Source of the DNA: Octopus sinensis
Taxonomy: Eukaryota
Direction of reading: 5' to 3'
Assembly (NCBI RefSeq): GCF_006345805.1
Contig: NC_042997.1
Coordinates: forward strand, 150,536,001 to 150,600,000
DNA length: 64,000 nt
In this document: in pieces, positions 25,005 through 39,742 of the stretch
Numbering within the stretch: the stretch's first letter is position 1
How the letters are laid out: every line of letters begins with the position of its first letter
Translations under genes and position numbers: made by a program
The notes under the pieces: model-generated
Databases searched by the model: none
The model's input: only the letters and a program-made list of their open reading frames with translations
Told to the model about the DNA's origin: nothing

Positions 25005-27118
25005 TCACAAGCCACTTCAGACCACTTAAGTTAATATATATCATAATCAAAACACGTCAGAGAATACTTATATACATCATAGTAACTACATTTGGAAATT
25101 TTTTCTTGCAGAAAATCAAATCTATTTAAAAACATGAATTGTAAATATAGAATAAAATGATAAAATATATAATGGTTTCAAATTTTGACGCAAGATCAGC
25201 AATTTCGTGGAAGTAATTTGATCACATCGACCCCAGTGCTTAACTGGTAATTATTTTATATACCTCGAAAGGCAAAGCCTTGCTCAGCAGTATTTGAACA
25301 CAACATGTAGAGGGGCGAAATATAAAATATATTAATTTGTGTTTATTAATGAACGTAAGGCGTAACATCGTACGTGTTTTTACATTATGACCCACATGAA
25401 TTTGTTAAATTATTTTTAAAAATAAAACGCTGCGAAATTAAATATTCTCTAATTGAAAACTTCAATCGGTAAGTACTCGATACAATCAATTCTATTTGAC
25501 TAATCGATTTTGAAATGTTAATTTCTACGAAGTTAATTCCTTCAGTGTCTTTCAGCTTCATTAAAACAACACAACACGAAACGAAACAAAACAAAATAAT
25601 GTTTATAAATAGTGAATGAGTTGTTTAGCCATTGGTCATTTCTGATTGAACATATCTATGATGCAATACATTCCAAGCGTGACCATTTCCAATTTTGTCA
25701 GTCTACTTAAACTGAAGTGTTCTTTATTTAAGATTGTTGATGTGATTTGTGAGAGATGTATGGCTGTTATTTTTGGTAGATCGAATGCATACAGACGTAT
25801 TTCTACCTCGTTGAGTTGACAGTAAAAGTATGAAAAGCAAAAAAGTGAAATATAGCACTCCATTCTCTTCCACCTTATGGCTTTCTTTGGGAACTATAAT
25901 GAAAGAAAACTCCCTTGAATTGCACATATGCCTGGTTCTAAACGAACGAACAACTGTAGTACCAATCTACGTCGCTTAATTATAGCCAAGTCTATATTTA
26001 ATGATTGACTGTATACTTAATATGAATTATGATATAATATAAAAGCTAATATGATTACCTTATAGTAGAAACGTGGTGTGAAGAAAAGAAAAACATTGGA
26101 TTTTTAACAAATGGTATTTTACACTGATTTTTGGCAAGTACAGGTGACAACATTGTACAATTCTGTCCTTCTTAATTAGGTCTCCTCCCCAGAGCAGAAG
26201 CTTTGCCGTACTTGCCAAATGATATTAAAATTATACCGGAGTGCTAAAACGTACATGACTAGACATTAAAAATTAACTGAGGCGCCATCTTCACAAAAAC
26301 AGTCAAGCTATTGACATTATGATTAATATAGTCCGGAAGCAAAATTATGATTAAAATTAAGTTCTCTACGCTATTGAGAGCTATCAGTGTTAATGCCACA
26401 ACGCGGCATCTACTGTTTTCTAACAATTTACAGAGACAAAGAATGTCCACCACCTGCAACTAAGATAAATTTCGCAAATATTTTGATATCAGACTACTTC
26501 GTTAACCATGACAGGATTTCTGTAAATCAAATTTTCATAACAAATATTTTGCTCAGCTGCGATGATAGAAAACAGAACTTGTAGAAGCTACTGTGCAGTG
26601 GGGGTGAAAAATACTTGCTTCAGCCAGTCAACATTTTCTTACCAGAACCCTGGATCCCCAGTCCTGACGCATCGGCAGCCCTGAATGTGATAGCACGAGC
26701 GAATAAAAGTTGTCCGATTCTATTGATACGGCCTGGTTTCCGCAGTTTCCTGTTTCTAGCTACCTCGGCAGGGTAGCCTCTTCCTCCTTTTGCAGTGGGG
26801 TTTCCAACAGTTCTTGGCAAACACGAAAGAAACAAATTGAGGAATACCTGAAGTCCTCGTCCTGTAGCACGTCAAGATCAGCGCCATGGATCGAAAAGCG
26901 TGTAATAGCATCATCACAGTCTGTCAACCAGCGACACTTATTACAGTTTGAGAAGACAGCCTCTCTCTCCTGTTCCAGGCTTGGGATTTTTATATTTCAT
27001 TAAATTTTACATCACATTACACGGTGCGGTGGTGGGGGTGGAACTACAATTCGCAGAGATTGAAACAAACTTTTACAATGTATCACTTGAGATACAATAA
27101 TCCAATTTCTGTAGATAA

Positions 27119-28050
27119 CACTGGTCAACATTATCTTTGGTGCCAATAAACAAAACACGTTTTTTTTTAGCTAATTCCAGGACGTCGCACCGAAAAACTC
27201 AAAGCAGGAGTGATTGATGGTCCTGATATCAGAAAACTCATTAAGGATGATGAATTTGTTAATTCAATTAATGACTTGGAATTATGCGCTTGGCCATCCT
27301 TTGCTAACGTGGTGAAAAACATCTTAGGCAATCGCTGGGCCGAAAACTACAAGGGGTTAGTGGAAAACCCGTTAAAAAGTCCACAGGTCATAGACGCTAA
27401 TATGGGAATTAAGGTTCATTTTCTTACATAGCCTTGTAGATAAATTTCCGGATAATTGTAGCGATGTGAGTGATGAGCAAGGTGAACGATTCCATCAGGA
27501 TATCAAAACAATGGAAGAGTGCTACCAGGGACGGTGGGACAAACGAATGATGGCTGACTACTGCTGGAGTATCAAAAGGGACTTAATTAACATTGAACAT
27601 TACCGACAATCTAGAAAGAGAACATTTTTACCATAGTTCTTATGTTCACGAAGATTTTATTTCTGTTGTTAGTTTATTTAATGATTTGATGAAAATACTT
27701 GTTCGTTTTGGCATATTCGCTCGTGTTATTTTTCAAGACTTAGGGTGTGATTGTTATTGCAAAAATAGTATTTCTCAATAAGCAGACCAATATGTGTTGG
27801 CCTAAATACGAATTGAGAGGTTTCTACGATTTTACTTTGAAGAATATTGCCATCGACCAATATCAAATATACAGAAAACAAATGAAAAAAAAAATTTTGT
27901 CCAAAAGTGAGGCATTTCTGTGCAGCAAAATCGGTAGCTAACCAAGAAAAATAAGGTCATTTCCAGATTCAGCGCCCTCAAATTAGCTAAAACAATTTTC
28001 GGTGTCTCGACACCATTTCAAACAATTTTTTTTTGTTTTGTTGATCAGTT
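27119..28050 (+). mobile_element. Internally deleted Chapaev3-like (CMC superfamily) DNA transposon
   Basis: TIRs CACTGGTCAACA (27119-27130) and TGTTGATCAGTT (28039-28050); TAA on both flanks (27116-27118, 28051-28053). Decayed transposase C-terminus DGPDIRKLIKDDEF...IKVHFL...SDEQGERFHQDIKTMEECYQGRWDKRMMADYCWSIKRD. Confidence 0.8.
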
Positions 28051-28533
28051 TAACCTATTTCAGTTAGGCGTCGTGACGATCCAAAATTTATTGTATTAGA
28101 TTCCATGAAAAAAAATGCAATAAATGTTCGACTCACTAAGAAAATGTAGGTAGGCCTCCATCCTCTCTTCCTCGCACCGTTTTCAGAGTTCCTGACAAAT
28201 GCAATGGGCGTTGTCCCATCTTATTTCAATTAGCTATAAAGATTATATATAGTTGCTTTGACACAACTGAGAGAAGTGAAATGTGACTTACCATCATTTG
28301 ATATTCAGTCGCAAATATATTTCGAACAAAAAACAATGGCTTTCTACTAGTACTAGCTGAAGTAATGAATTGCTATATTTTTCTTTAGTATATGATACCG
28401 TCTCGAAGCTACAAGTATAATAAACGCATAATGCGTCAAATTATGATGAATGGGTTTCAAGTTGTTTTCTTTTTATTTTGGTAGTATTGAAGCTCTTAAT
28501 TCATTAGAATTTCATTATTCAACAGAAATTTAA

Positions 28534-28651
28534 ACCGGAAGACAGTAAAATGTTTCTTGAAATACACTGAGACATTTCATACGTGAAGATAATGACGTAA
28601 AATTGGACAAAATGGATATGTTATGAAAATGGCGGCTCCAACACAGTAAGA
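28534..28651 (+). promoter_or_regulatory. Candidate housekeeping-type promoter and first exon (M-K-M-A-A-P-T, phase-2 donor)
   Basis: ACCGGAAG (ETS) 28534-28541, TGACGT (CRE-like) 28593, AAAATGGCGG (YY1/ATG) 28626-28635, donor CA|GTAAGA at 28646. Motif evidence only. Confidence 0.3.
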
Positions 28652-29054
28652 ACCTTGGCTAATCGATTGTACTTATTTAAATGTAAGTAGGTAAATTATT
28701 ATTTCTAAAGCTATAGTTATATTTATTCTTTGAAAGAACGTTCTTCTTCCAATTATTTAATTATCTGCAACCCTCAGACATATAGCAATCACAAGTTCAT
28801 TTGAAAACTATACAAACTCCTTCATCTTTTCTCCATTTTATTATCTTCTATGTGCCTTCAACGACTAATTCAAAAATGTAGTCCCCAGACATACGAAAAG
28901 AAGACATAATATAATTTTTCTTTTCAGAATTCCAACTTTGGAAATTTCTTATTATATAGATTAGAAACCTGTGATAACCACAAGAGGAAGATAATGTCAA
29001 TAATCACTTCAAGAAATACGTTCTCAATATCCATTAGTTTAACTCTAATCTTAC

Positions 29055-29203
29055 TCGCAATTTAGCGAAAGGTTTACAGCAAGTGCAGTGCTAATAAGAT
29101 TGAAACTGTAGAGTGGGGATTCTATTCCCTTGATGACATGATGAACAGTAAAATCATTTACTATTATTGGATGCGAAGATCTCTTAATATCAAATGATAT
29201 TCC
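29055..29203 (-). CDS. Candidate internal exon (GISFDIKRSSHPIIVNDF...NLSLNC), phase 0 to 2
   Basis: tttgtcttacAG acceptor, GA|GTAAGA donor, 149 bp, only one frame open. No homology recognised. Confidence 0.3.
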
Positions 29204-29749
29204 CTGTAAGACAAAGTTATTCAAAAGAAATACTCACATTCTGCTCAAAACATTACCATCTGTTTACACCTTTGTTTAACATTATATGAGCTCCTAGCTT
29301 TCTTTCATATGTCCTCCTCTCCCCCCTCTCTCTCTATATCTTTATACTTTTCCCAGTGCCTTCACCTCCAGTGCTCTATTGCGGTATCTTTATGTTCACC
29401 CAACTTAGAAGGCCAGTAACTTCATATCTATAAATAAGTGCATATAATCACGAGCACACAGTAGGACATTAATACAAAGAACGGTCAACTATAAATAGGT
29501 GATAAATGCATTTTCAAAGAGATTTAGAAACATACATACACCTATACACACACACGCACGCGCACACAAACGCACACACTCACACATAAGTAAATAGATA
29601 TGTGTAAATGATTATTTACCTGTTTAAGTATTTATATATATAAGCATATGAATATGTATGTATGCATGTATGTATTTCTATACATCTCTCTCTCTCTGTA
29701 CCTTTCTCTACCTGCTCTCACTCTGTGCATATATATATATATATATGTA

Positions 29750-31072
<1,323 letters not shown>

Positions 31073-31077
31073 ATATG

Positions 31078-31110
<33 letters not shown>

Positions 31111-32850
31111 GTTCTAGATATTATAACGAAAAGTGGAGAATTAATCGTCTTCAAATTTTGTATATTACAGTATTGTTCTCATCCGACGTGTGTTTCGCGT
31201 CACCCAGCTTCATGGGTAAAACTTTGAAAAAATGTGCAGATGTGTAGAGCTCAATTCACCTACCCACATCGATTAAACATTGTACAAGGTTGCATAGAAA
31301 TGACTACCTTGGATGAATAAATATAGCAGCTGAAACAAATAGTTACTCATATATTCTACAAGGAAGAGTATTAGGGCATTTATCCGACAGAAACACGCAT
31401 TGAATTGGCAAATACTGAAATTACGTTGTAATAAGCAGAATTTGAAGACGTAAAAATCATTCATTCTTCATACCTCCCAGCTATAATCTAGCTGATAATT
31501 TTCTTACTTTGTAAAATACTTCTATGTATAAATGGGATAAGGTCAAATTTAGCCGAAACACCCATTAGAGGCGTATGTATATGTATATATCTACATATGC
31601 ATGTATGTACGTTGTGGAAAGAAACGGAACCAGGAACAAGTATCTAAAATATGCCAAAATAGGAAACATCAAGCGAACAGCAAATAGAAAATCGACTTGC
31701 GTTGCTTAAAAATACATGTGATTTCGACCGCGACAGTATCGCTTCGAAGTTTTGATGCTAATTGACAATGACTGAATCTTACGATACACTGACACGATGA
31801 TAGCAAGACAATATAAAAAAACATGTGTTTACAGGAAAATTACAAAGGACAGGCAGCTAAATAGCAAGACCTACAACACTTGACGTGAATGTGTACTCTT
31901 GAATGAGATTGTAAGAGACGGTAAAACATTGATGACAAGAAAGAGTATACTAAGATGTTTGGCTCGATTTACAGCAAAGAGCACAATGAGATCGAGTTTA
32001 AAGTGAGGAGAGATATAATATGTACTGCCTCCAGGATAGCGAATAGGTAAGTTACAGATAACTAGAAATGGAGAAGGAATGAATGGAGAATTTAAGAATT
32101 TGCGAGTATCTAATTTGTTAATTACTGGTGTGTGTTCGGGGATATTGGTTATTGGAGATAATTTTCATTCATATTCATCAGAGACTCCGTTCCTTCGTTG
32201 CTGGTTATAGCTGTGAGGCTGGAGAGGCCAGCTGCGTGGAGAAATAATATATATATGTATGTATACACACAAGCAGTACATGGTTTTCTATTGGTTTCGA
32301 AGATGACTGTTTGGTTTGTTTAATCAGCTGAACAACCATCACATTTATAATATACGAGACTAGATATTCTACAGAGAAATATCCACTTAACGTAATTCTC
32401 AAGAAGGATCAATGAGACGCATCTTATGACATGATAAGTTGTTTGTATGGACGACAGTGTCAATTCAGTGATGTTCCCCGCACATGAATAAGATGCCATA
32501 AGGCGTAATCATATCTAGGTAGGCAAGAATGTAAAGTCTTAACAACTTGGTCACGTTTGTGACCATGAGAAGCCTCTCACATATAGAATTGTGATGGGGC
32601 ATTGACATGGGACGTAAAAATATAGAAATGCTAACAATCATATAGAGTATTTATATGGTTTCAAGACGTTTATTTGAAGAGTAACATAAATATAGAGATA
32701 TGTACATAGACTCAAATAATTTTGCGTAGACGGACAGAAAGACCACATTATGGAGTGATTTATGCAGTGCACGCATACAAATGCGTGCATAAGCGCATGC
32801 ATTTTGAAGCATGTGGATACACATACATGCATACATACATACATACACAC

Positions 32851-32888
<38 letters not shown>

Positions 32889-33387
32889 ACACTCACATAC
32901 ACACATACCCACACATATATATAACCAAAGTATGAGTGTACGAAACAGGTAGAGTAAACCTACTGAATACTAATATGCTAGGTTTATCTGATATGCTTCC
33001 ATAATGTTTGTTAGTCACGCATATGGTAGACTATACTTATCCAAAATAACTCTCAGTCGCTAAAACATAAGACCATTATTCAACCGATGGGCAAAAAGTG
33101 TGTGTGTGTGTGTGTGTGTCTATGCGCGTGGATGCTTGTGTGCGTGTGCATGTGGTTGATTTTATTAAAATTTAATATGAATATTTTATTAATTATCATC
33201 CCCTGAAAAACTGATTCATAGCATAAGGAGGAGTCGTGTAGGGTAACAGAAAATCTTTATTACTAAGGGAAACATCCTTGCATATACTTTCTTGGAATAC
33301 TTTAATCGTAGCTCTTAAACAGAATCCACTTTTACAATGTGCCGATCGCTGCACAAAATGTAATCATACAAAAAAAGTTTCTAAGAT

Positions 33388-33783
33388 AGGCGCAGGAGTG
33401 GCTGTGTGGTAAGTAGCTTGCTTACCAACCACATGGTTCCGGGTTCAGTCCCACTGTGTGTCATCTTGGGCAAGTGTCTTCTGCTATAGCCCCGGGCCGA
33501 CCAATGCCTTGTGAGTGCATTTGGTAGACGGAAACTGAAAGAAGCCTGTCGTATATATGTATGTATATATATGTGTGTGTTTGTGTGTCTGTGTTTATGT
33601 CCCCCTAGCATTGCTAGGTGTGTTTACGTCCCCGTTACTTAGCGGTTCGGCAAAAGAGACCGATAGAATAAGTACTGGGCTTACAAAGAATAAGTCCCTG
33701 GGTAGATTTGCTCGACTAAAGGCGGTACTCCAGCATGGCCGCAGTCAAATGACTGAAACAAGTAAAAGAGTAAAAGAGTAAGA
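33388..33783 (+). mobile_element. Full-length tRNA-derived SINE family A
   Basis: A box (tggctgtgtgg), B box (ggttcagtccc), caccttgggcaag-like core, internal (TA)(TG) tract and (aaaagagt)n tail. At least four related copies in the window. Confidence 0.9.
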
Positions 33784-33785
33784 TC

Positions 33786-34010
33786 TTTACGTTTACTACG
33801 ACAAGGGTTACAGTTGATCCGATCAACGTAGTTCGCCAGGAGATTCAGTGTGACACAGACTGTGACAAGGATGATATGCAGGTAGTACATACTTTTGCCA
33901 GCTGAGTGAACTTGAGCAACGTGAAATAAAGTGTCTTGTTAAGGACACAACGCGTCACCAAGAATCAATCTAATGGCTTTAGATCCTCAGCTGAAACTCT
34001 AAACATTAAG
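33786..34010 (-). mobile_element. Decayed, internally deleted SINE family C copy, tail-to-tail with the family A copy
   Basis: gtgtcttgttaaggacacaacgcgtc and cagttgatccgatcaac are reverse complements of blocks in 48366-48673. Confidence 0.65.
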
Positions 34011-35194
34011 ATACGTGCCTCGGACACAAGGGAAAGTCCAAAGTAATTTACTGGTATTTCATTTTATCGACACTGCAGGTATGAAAAAGTACGTCAGAAA
34101 TTCCGTGACTTGAACGTGAATTTAACGTCCCGGAATACATCAAGTAATTTTTTAAAGCGGTATCTATTCCGGCCGTTCAAAAACTAGTGTATGTATGTGT
34201 GTGTGTGTGTGTGTGTATGTGTGTGTGTGTGTGTGTGTATGTATGTGTGTGTGTGAGTGTGTCTGTCTGTCTCTCTGTGTGTAACATAAAATTCAAACTG
34301 AGATAATAAACAAAAAGTATAATAATACAAATAACATTTACACTTACACAGGAATAAATCTTCCAGAGATTTCCTGATAAATCACCCAAATCTAAATGTA
34401 TCTCATCAAATAGAATGTCCTTGCGATAATTATCAAGTTCAGTCAAATACAGCTATAATAATGTTATTACTAATGTCCATTGGTCAGTTAATCGCTGATT
34501 AGTTTGAGCTATTAAGTCAGCCGTAGCAAGAGCCGCTACCACTGAAAACTGTAGAAACTTTTTGAACTTATATTTAGCTTCATAATTGTGTAATGTTTTA
34601 TGTAAGCAAAGAATCGTTATTGGCGTTGTGTCTCATTACTTCTATTAGTTGGCAGACTCATTTGCGTGTTTGAGAAAATGCTTAGCGGTCTTTCTTTCAA
34701 ACGTTACGATACCACCGATGTCAACTTGCTTTCCAACATTTAGGGGCCAATAAAGTAAAGCACCTGTCAATGATTGGGGGCGATGTAATCGACAATTCAC
34801 TACCCCTTAAACACGCTGGACTTGTGTGAAAATTTGAAACCGTTAAGTCATCTTTACTTTTTATTATTTTAATGTCGATAAAACAAGTACCTACTGAGCA
34901 CTGGTATCAGTTTTATCCTTTAGTCCCCTTCGCAACAAGTTCACGTCGTGTGTCCACAGTAAAGTGGATTATTAATAGGCATCGATCTAGTGTAATCTTT
35001 AGCACGTCGGATAAAATGCCATACAACATTTCTTCCGAATCTTCAAGATCTTGTTTCAAATCCAAGGGAGGTCAACTTTGCCTTCGATTCTTTTGTGATC
35101 GATAAAATAAAGTACTAATGAAATAATCTCGAAAAGGTAATCGTTTTACCTCCCCTTCTAAAATTGTTGAGGGTTTTGCCGAAATTTATAACCA

Positions 35195-35225
<31 letters not shown>

Positions 35226-35250
35226 CATTATTATTATTATTATTATTATT

Positions 35251-35613
35251 ATCGACCTCAAATCGGCTGAGGTTGATTCTGCCTTTCATCATTTCGGGGT
35301 TGATGAAATAAGTAGCAGTGGAGCGTTGGGGTTGATGTAATCGACTTAAACCCTGCCCCTTCTACCCTTGTTCCTATAATAAAAAGCATTATTATTTTTA
35401 TTATTATGATTATTATTATTATTATTATTAGTAGTATCGACCTCAAATCGGCTGAGGTTGATTCTGCCTTTCATCATTTCGGGGTTGATGAAATAAGTAG
35501 CAGTGGAGCGTTGGGGTTGATGTAATCGACTTAAACCCTGCCCCTTCTACCCTTGTTCCTATAATAAAAAGCATTATTATTTTTATTATTATGATTATTA
35601 TTATTATTATTAT

Positions 35614-35620
<7 letters not shown>
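35251..35620 (+). repeat. Tandem duplication of a 185-bp unit (SINE family D 3' part plus (TAT)n)
   Basis: atcgacctcaaatcggctgagg...ataataaaaagcatt starts at 35251 and again at 35436; the non-microsatellite parts read identical. Confidence 0.92.
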
Positions 35621-35658
<38 letters not shown>

Positions 35659-35698
35659 CAGCAGCAGCAGCAGCAGCAGTAGCAGCAGTAGTAGTAGT

Positions 35699-35751
<53 letters not shown>

Positions 35752-35780
35752 TAGTAGTAGTAGTAGCAGTAGTAGTAGTA

Positions 35781-35970
35781 GGGCAGTGCGTCGATGGAAT
35801 CATTACTGCGTAGGGCTATATGCCTAGTGGCATTTCATCCGCCTGTACGTTCTGAGTTCAAATTCCGCCGAGACCGACTTTGCCTTCCATCCTTTCTGGG
35901 TCGTTAAAATAAGTACCGGTGAAACACTGGGGTCGATGTAATCGCTGGCCTTGTGCTAAAATTTGAAAGA
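35781..35970 (+). mobile_element. SINE family D copy (related copies at about 56165-56347 and decayed ones near 12800, 25190, 34050, 34650 and 44440)
   Basis: Shared gttctgagttca(a)attccgccgagg/tcgactt...ggtcgataaaataagtacc...ggggtcgatgtaatcga; B-box-like gagttcaaattcc. Confidence 0.75.
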
Positions 35971-37072
35971 ATTAATATTTGTACTAATAGAATTGTGCTG
36001 ACTAGGCCATACAGCGACAACTGTGTCAAGTCATTACACAAAGTATCTTGGAATATCAAAAATTCCCTCAATCATGTTGCTAGCAAACCATGTTTGTAGT
36101 GCAGTGGAGATCATTTTTCTTAATCTATACTTCGCACCAGAGTGATAGTCTTATTTACAGCAATTGCAATAGCTGTAATAATTACTCTACGTAATGTCTC
36201 AGTAGAATATCTCTCTAAAACAGTAAATTTGTTTAGAATGCCTAAAAATGACAATGCAATCTTGTTTGAAGAGCATCAACTGTAGGATATCAGACATACC
36301 AGGGTACCTCAGCTGCTTAACTGTGAGTACGCTGCATAGACTTGCAGGGAAGAGTTGCCACTAATAATACGAAGGATAAGGTAAGACGTTAGTCTCTCCC
36401 GCAGACAATGAATGAGAGCAGTGTATAAAATTTCTTCATGGAAGCAAGGAGGGACCAGAAAGATAATAATGAAGGGAATCTGCCTAGAAACAAGAGTAAC
36501 AAAGAAAAAAATGTTCATAGGGTAGAACTAGAGTTTGTAAGCTAGATTTAAGGAAGCTCATCTTAGAGAACATAATCAAAATCTGCATGGATAATACGTG
36601 CTCCATATATCGTAGATAGTGTAAACAGTGTACTACCGTCAGCGTGGTTGCTGGCATCACCACCGCTGACACAACCAGCATCAAAACCGCAACTACTATC
36701 ACTGCCTATGTCACATTTAGCATCACAAACGCTACCACCACTACCACTGTCGTCATCGTCGTTATATTGTTTATGTTCCAGAAATTTCATAATTTCTTTC
36801 TTAGTCTACACTCTACACGTTTGTCTAGCACGTTTTGAAAGTATTCGGTATATGAATATATTTAATCACACAAATATCTATGCTTGAATGGTTCGAAATT
36901 ATATCATTTTTCAGTTATATAAACTTGATAGAATAAATAACTCCCTTTGACACAAGTCTACCTTACATCGATAAACATACCGAGAGAGAAAGATCCGATC
37001 TCCAGTAAAAAACAGTCCATGTGATCGGTCTTACTTTCGAAAATAATTTATAATGGAACCTATATTGCGAAC

Positions 37073-38313
37073 TATCAGGTCGTTCAGAATGAAATGTCCG
37101 ATTTTGGACTGACAGATTATTTTAATTTATTTCAACAAAAAGCGATGTAATTAATCAAAGTATGCACCTAAATTATCAAAAAAGTTTGGCATCTTATTAA
37201 TTGCTTATCTATGGCGGTAGAGAAGAATTCTGGAGAGCAAGAGGTAATGATATCACGAAAGGTTGTTTTTGTATTTTCTTCAGGTTTCAAGCATTTTCCT
37301 TTAAAATTGTTGTTCAATGCCTTGATGGTCAGTTGGTGCGAGGTCTGGTGAATATGGTGGATGGTAGAGTACTTCAAAGTTCAGTTCCTGTAACATGAAT
37401 AGCGTTCTTTGCGAAACATGTGGTCGAGCATTATCTTGCAAGAGAATTGACCTGCCTCTATTGATCAATTTTGGTTGTTTAATTACATGTTCACTCACCA
37501 TTTCCTTCAATTGGGTGATGTATGCATCCGCTGTAATTGACTTACCAGGTCTCATGACGCTGTAGTGGATGACACCAGCTCTGGATCACCAAACAGATAC
37601 CATTAGCTTTTTTTTATGAATATTGTCTTCTGGATTGTGTTTTCGTACTTCATCTCTATCCAACCACAGTGCAGGACGCTTACTGTTGTTGAAAATAATC
37701 CATTTGGGTCACACGTAACAATACTATAAAAAGGCGGTTCGCTTTTATGTCGTGATAGCGAAGCACATCAAATTTCAAGATGACGATACTCGTTGAGTTC
37801 GTGTAGTACCCACTTGTCCAGCTTCTTTTCTTTGCCGATTTGTTTCAGATGGTCCAATACAGATGTAGTTTGAGATGTATCAACTTCGGCTACAGTTTTC
37901 AGTCCTCATTATCCACCTTGGTGTCAGGTCTACCATGGGGCCGATGTTCAAGAGGACAGTTACCAGACCAAAACTTCTTAAATTCTCAAACCATCGACGT
38001 ACAGTGCGCTCATTCGCCACAGCTTCATCAAACACCTCATTGATGTTTCGAGTTGTCTGGGATACATTGGCTCCACGACAGAACACATATTTGTAAAGAA
38101 CAAGAACTTTTGTTTTATCCATAGGTTCAAAAACGTTGATTTACAAAAGAAAACTCACAATATAATCAGGCACCATGAATTGCATTTCGAAAAGTGATGA
38201 TTTAACACTTCAATGTTGTCATAAAAAAATTGCCAGGACAAAACATTAGAGTTAACGACTGTCAAACTTAGTACATGAGAAAAATCAAACATTTCATTCT
38301 TACTGACCAGATG
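37073..38313 (-). mobile_element. Full-length decayed mariner element (1241 bp)
   Basis: Imperfect 34-bp TIRs at 37073-37106 and 38280-38313. Transposase from ATG 38122 (HTH ERTVRRWF), DKWVLHEL (WVPHEL), QDNARPH and HPPYSPDLAPTD, broken by frameshifts. Confidence 0.92.
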
Positions 38314-38589
38314 CTTACATATTTAGAAGCATGCATATAATACGTATATAAGCAAACATCATACGCGACACAAAACAGGCTATTTAGATACGTTGAAGAA
38401 ATTCTGCAACATCTCACAACTGTTCTGTAACAAATGAACTCACTTTCGACCAGCTCGTCATTGAAAAGCTCTTCGTTGTATCGCTAATAGCTAGATTTTT
38501 GCTCCATGGTCTGAGTTGTTGAATGCGATCACTAGCTAACTCTATATGAGAAGTTTTACAGTATTCATGCCAAAACTATGTTGTCTTAC

Positions 38590-38660
38590 TACGACAAATC
38601 TCATACTGGAGAAGGTAACTTCTCGTCTATTTTCAGGCCTATTGAAGTCCCTTATCTTTC
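38590..38660 (-). CDS. Candidate exon (xKIRDFNRPENRREVTFSSMRFVV), phase 1 to 0
   Basis: ttgtttatatttgcAG acceptor, GTAAGA donor, single open frame. Confidence 0.28.
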
Positions 38661-39076
38661 CTGCAAATATAAACAAGTTAACATCAAGGGAATTACAAAG
38701 ACTTCTTTTGAAATACAGGAAACCATGTCTCGTTTTGATATTTCACATCGATAGTGATGTACTCATGTACTCTACAGAAGGTTTTTATAACAAAAATTTT
38801 GCACTAGTGAAAATATATTTTAAATATAGTTGAAAATTTGTACTGCAATAGAGATTCCCGAAGCCAATTTCAAAATAGAAAGAAAGAGAGAGAGAAAGGA
38901 AGAAAACTGTGGTTCGTAAATGGACGCTACGAAATAGACGCCTCGCTGTAAACTGATCTGAGTGTAGTGTAAATAATAACACAGAATATGAGAATATTAT
39001 GCAGATTAATATTTAGCATTATAAACTGGCGCTGTTTCAATTTGTTTCTTATGACCAAGAGAATATCCACACTCAC

Positions 39077-39108
39077 CGAACTCTCCTATACACCATTTCA
39101 TCATATTA
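39077..39108 (-). CDS. Candidate 32-bp exon (xNMMKWCIGEFx), phase 2 to 1
   Basis: tttccttttAG acceptor, G|GTGAGT donor; the phase bridges the two neighbouring candidates. Confidence 0.25.
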
Positions 39109-39638
39109 CTAAAAGGAAATGTTTGACTGTAGTATTAGTCTGCAATTTAAATAATACTCACTCTCACTCGCTCATTTTCTATTCTATGCATATCCGAATC
39201 TTCCCTTTCTCTCTCTGTCTCCCTTTGTATGTGTGTATGTATATATACATATGTGTGTATATATATATATATACATATGTATGTATGTATATATATGTAT
39301 ATTTATATATATATATATATATATACATACATACAGATAGACACATACATGCATGCATGCATACATACATACATACATGCATACATACATACATATACAC
39401 ATACACACTAACATATAATTCTGCCTGTGTATATGTACTTATATGAGTTTGAACGTGTTCCTTTAAATATATGGTTGTGTTCAAATATTATCTTTTTTTT
39501 TATAGATTTGCCGTTCCTCCAAAGTTATCTTGGATGACTAAAATTTTACCTCTAAATTTATATTGGATATTTCGATATCTTCATAGTCTAATTTTGAAGA
39601 ATTGAATATATTTATCGTATGTATTGTTTCTTGAATAC

Positions 39639-39742
39639 CGATTGAAGTCAAGTAGATTCTTTCCACTAAAGCTTTTATTCGCTACACTCGAAGTAGTTAA
39701 TAAAATGCTGGAGAGGCTACGGGTTCTGTACAAGTACTTCAG
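39639..39742 (-). CDS. Candidate exon (LKYLYRTRSLSSILLTTSSVANKSFSGKNLLDFN), phase 0 to 2
   Basis: tttatatttacAG acceptor, weaker GTATTC donor, single open frame; faintly LRR-like. Confidence 0.25.

Noticed and set aside
33388-33460. tRNA-like heads of the SINEs as possible tRNA genes
   Set aside because: A and B boxes are present, but there is no complete cloverleaf and each head continues into SINE body.
36563-36790. Asp/Gly/Ser/Cys-rich ORF (NDDDDSGSGGSVCDAKC...)
   Set aside because: Looks like a decayed GAT/GGT/AGT trinucleotide tract; no domain.
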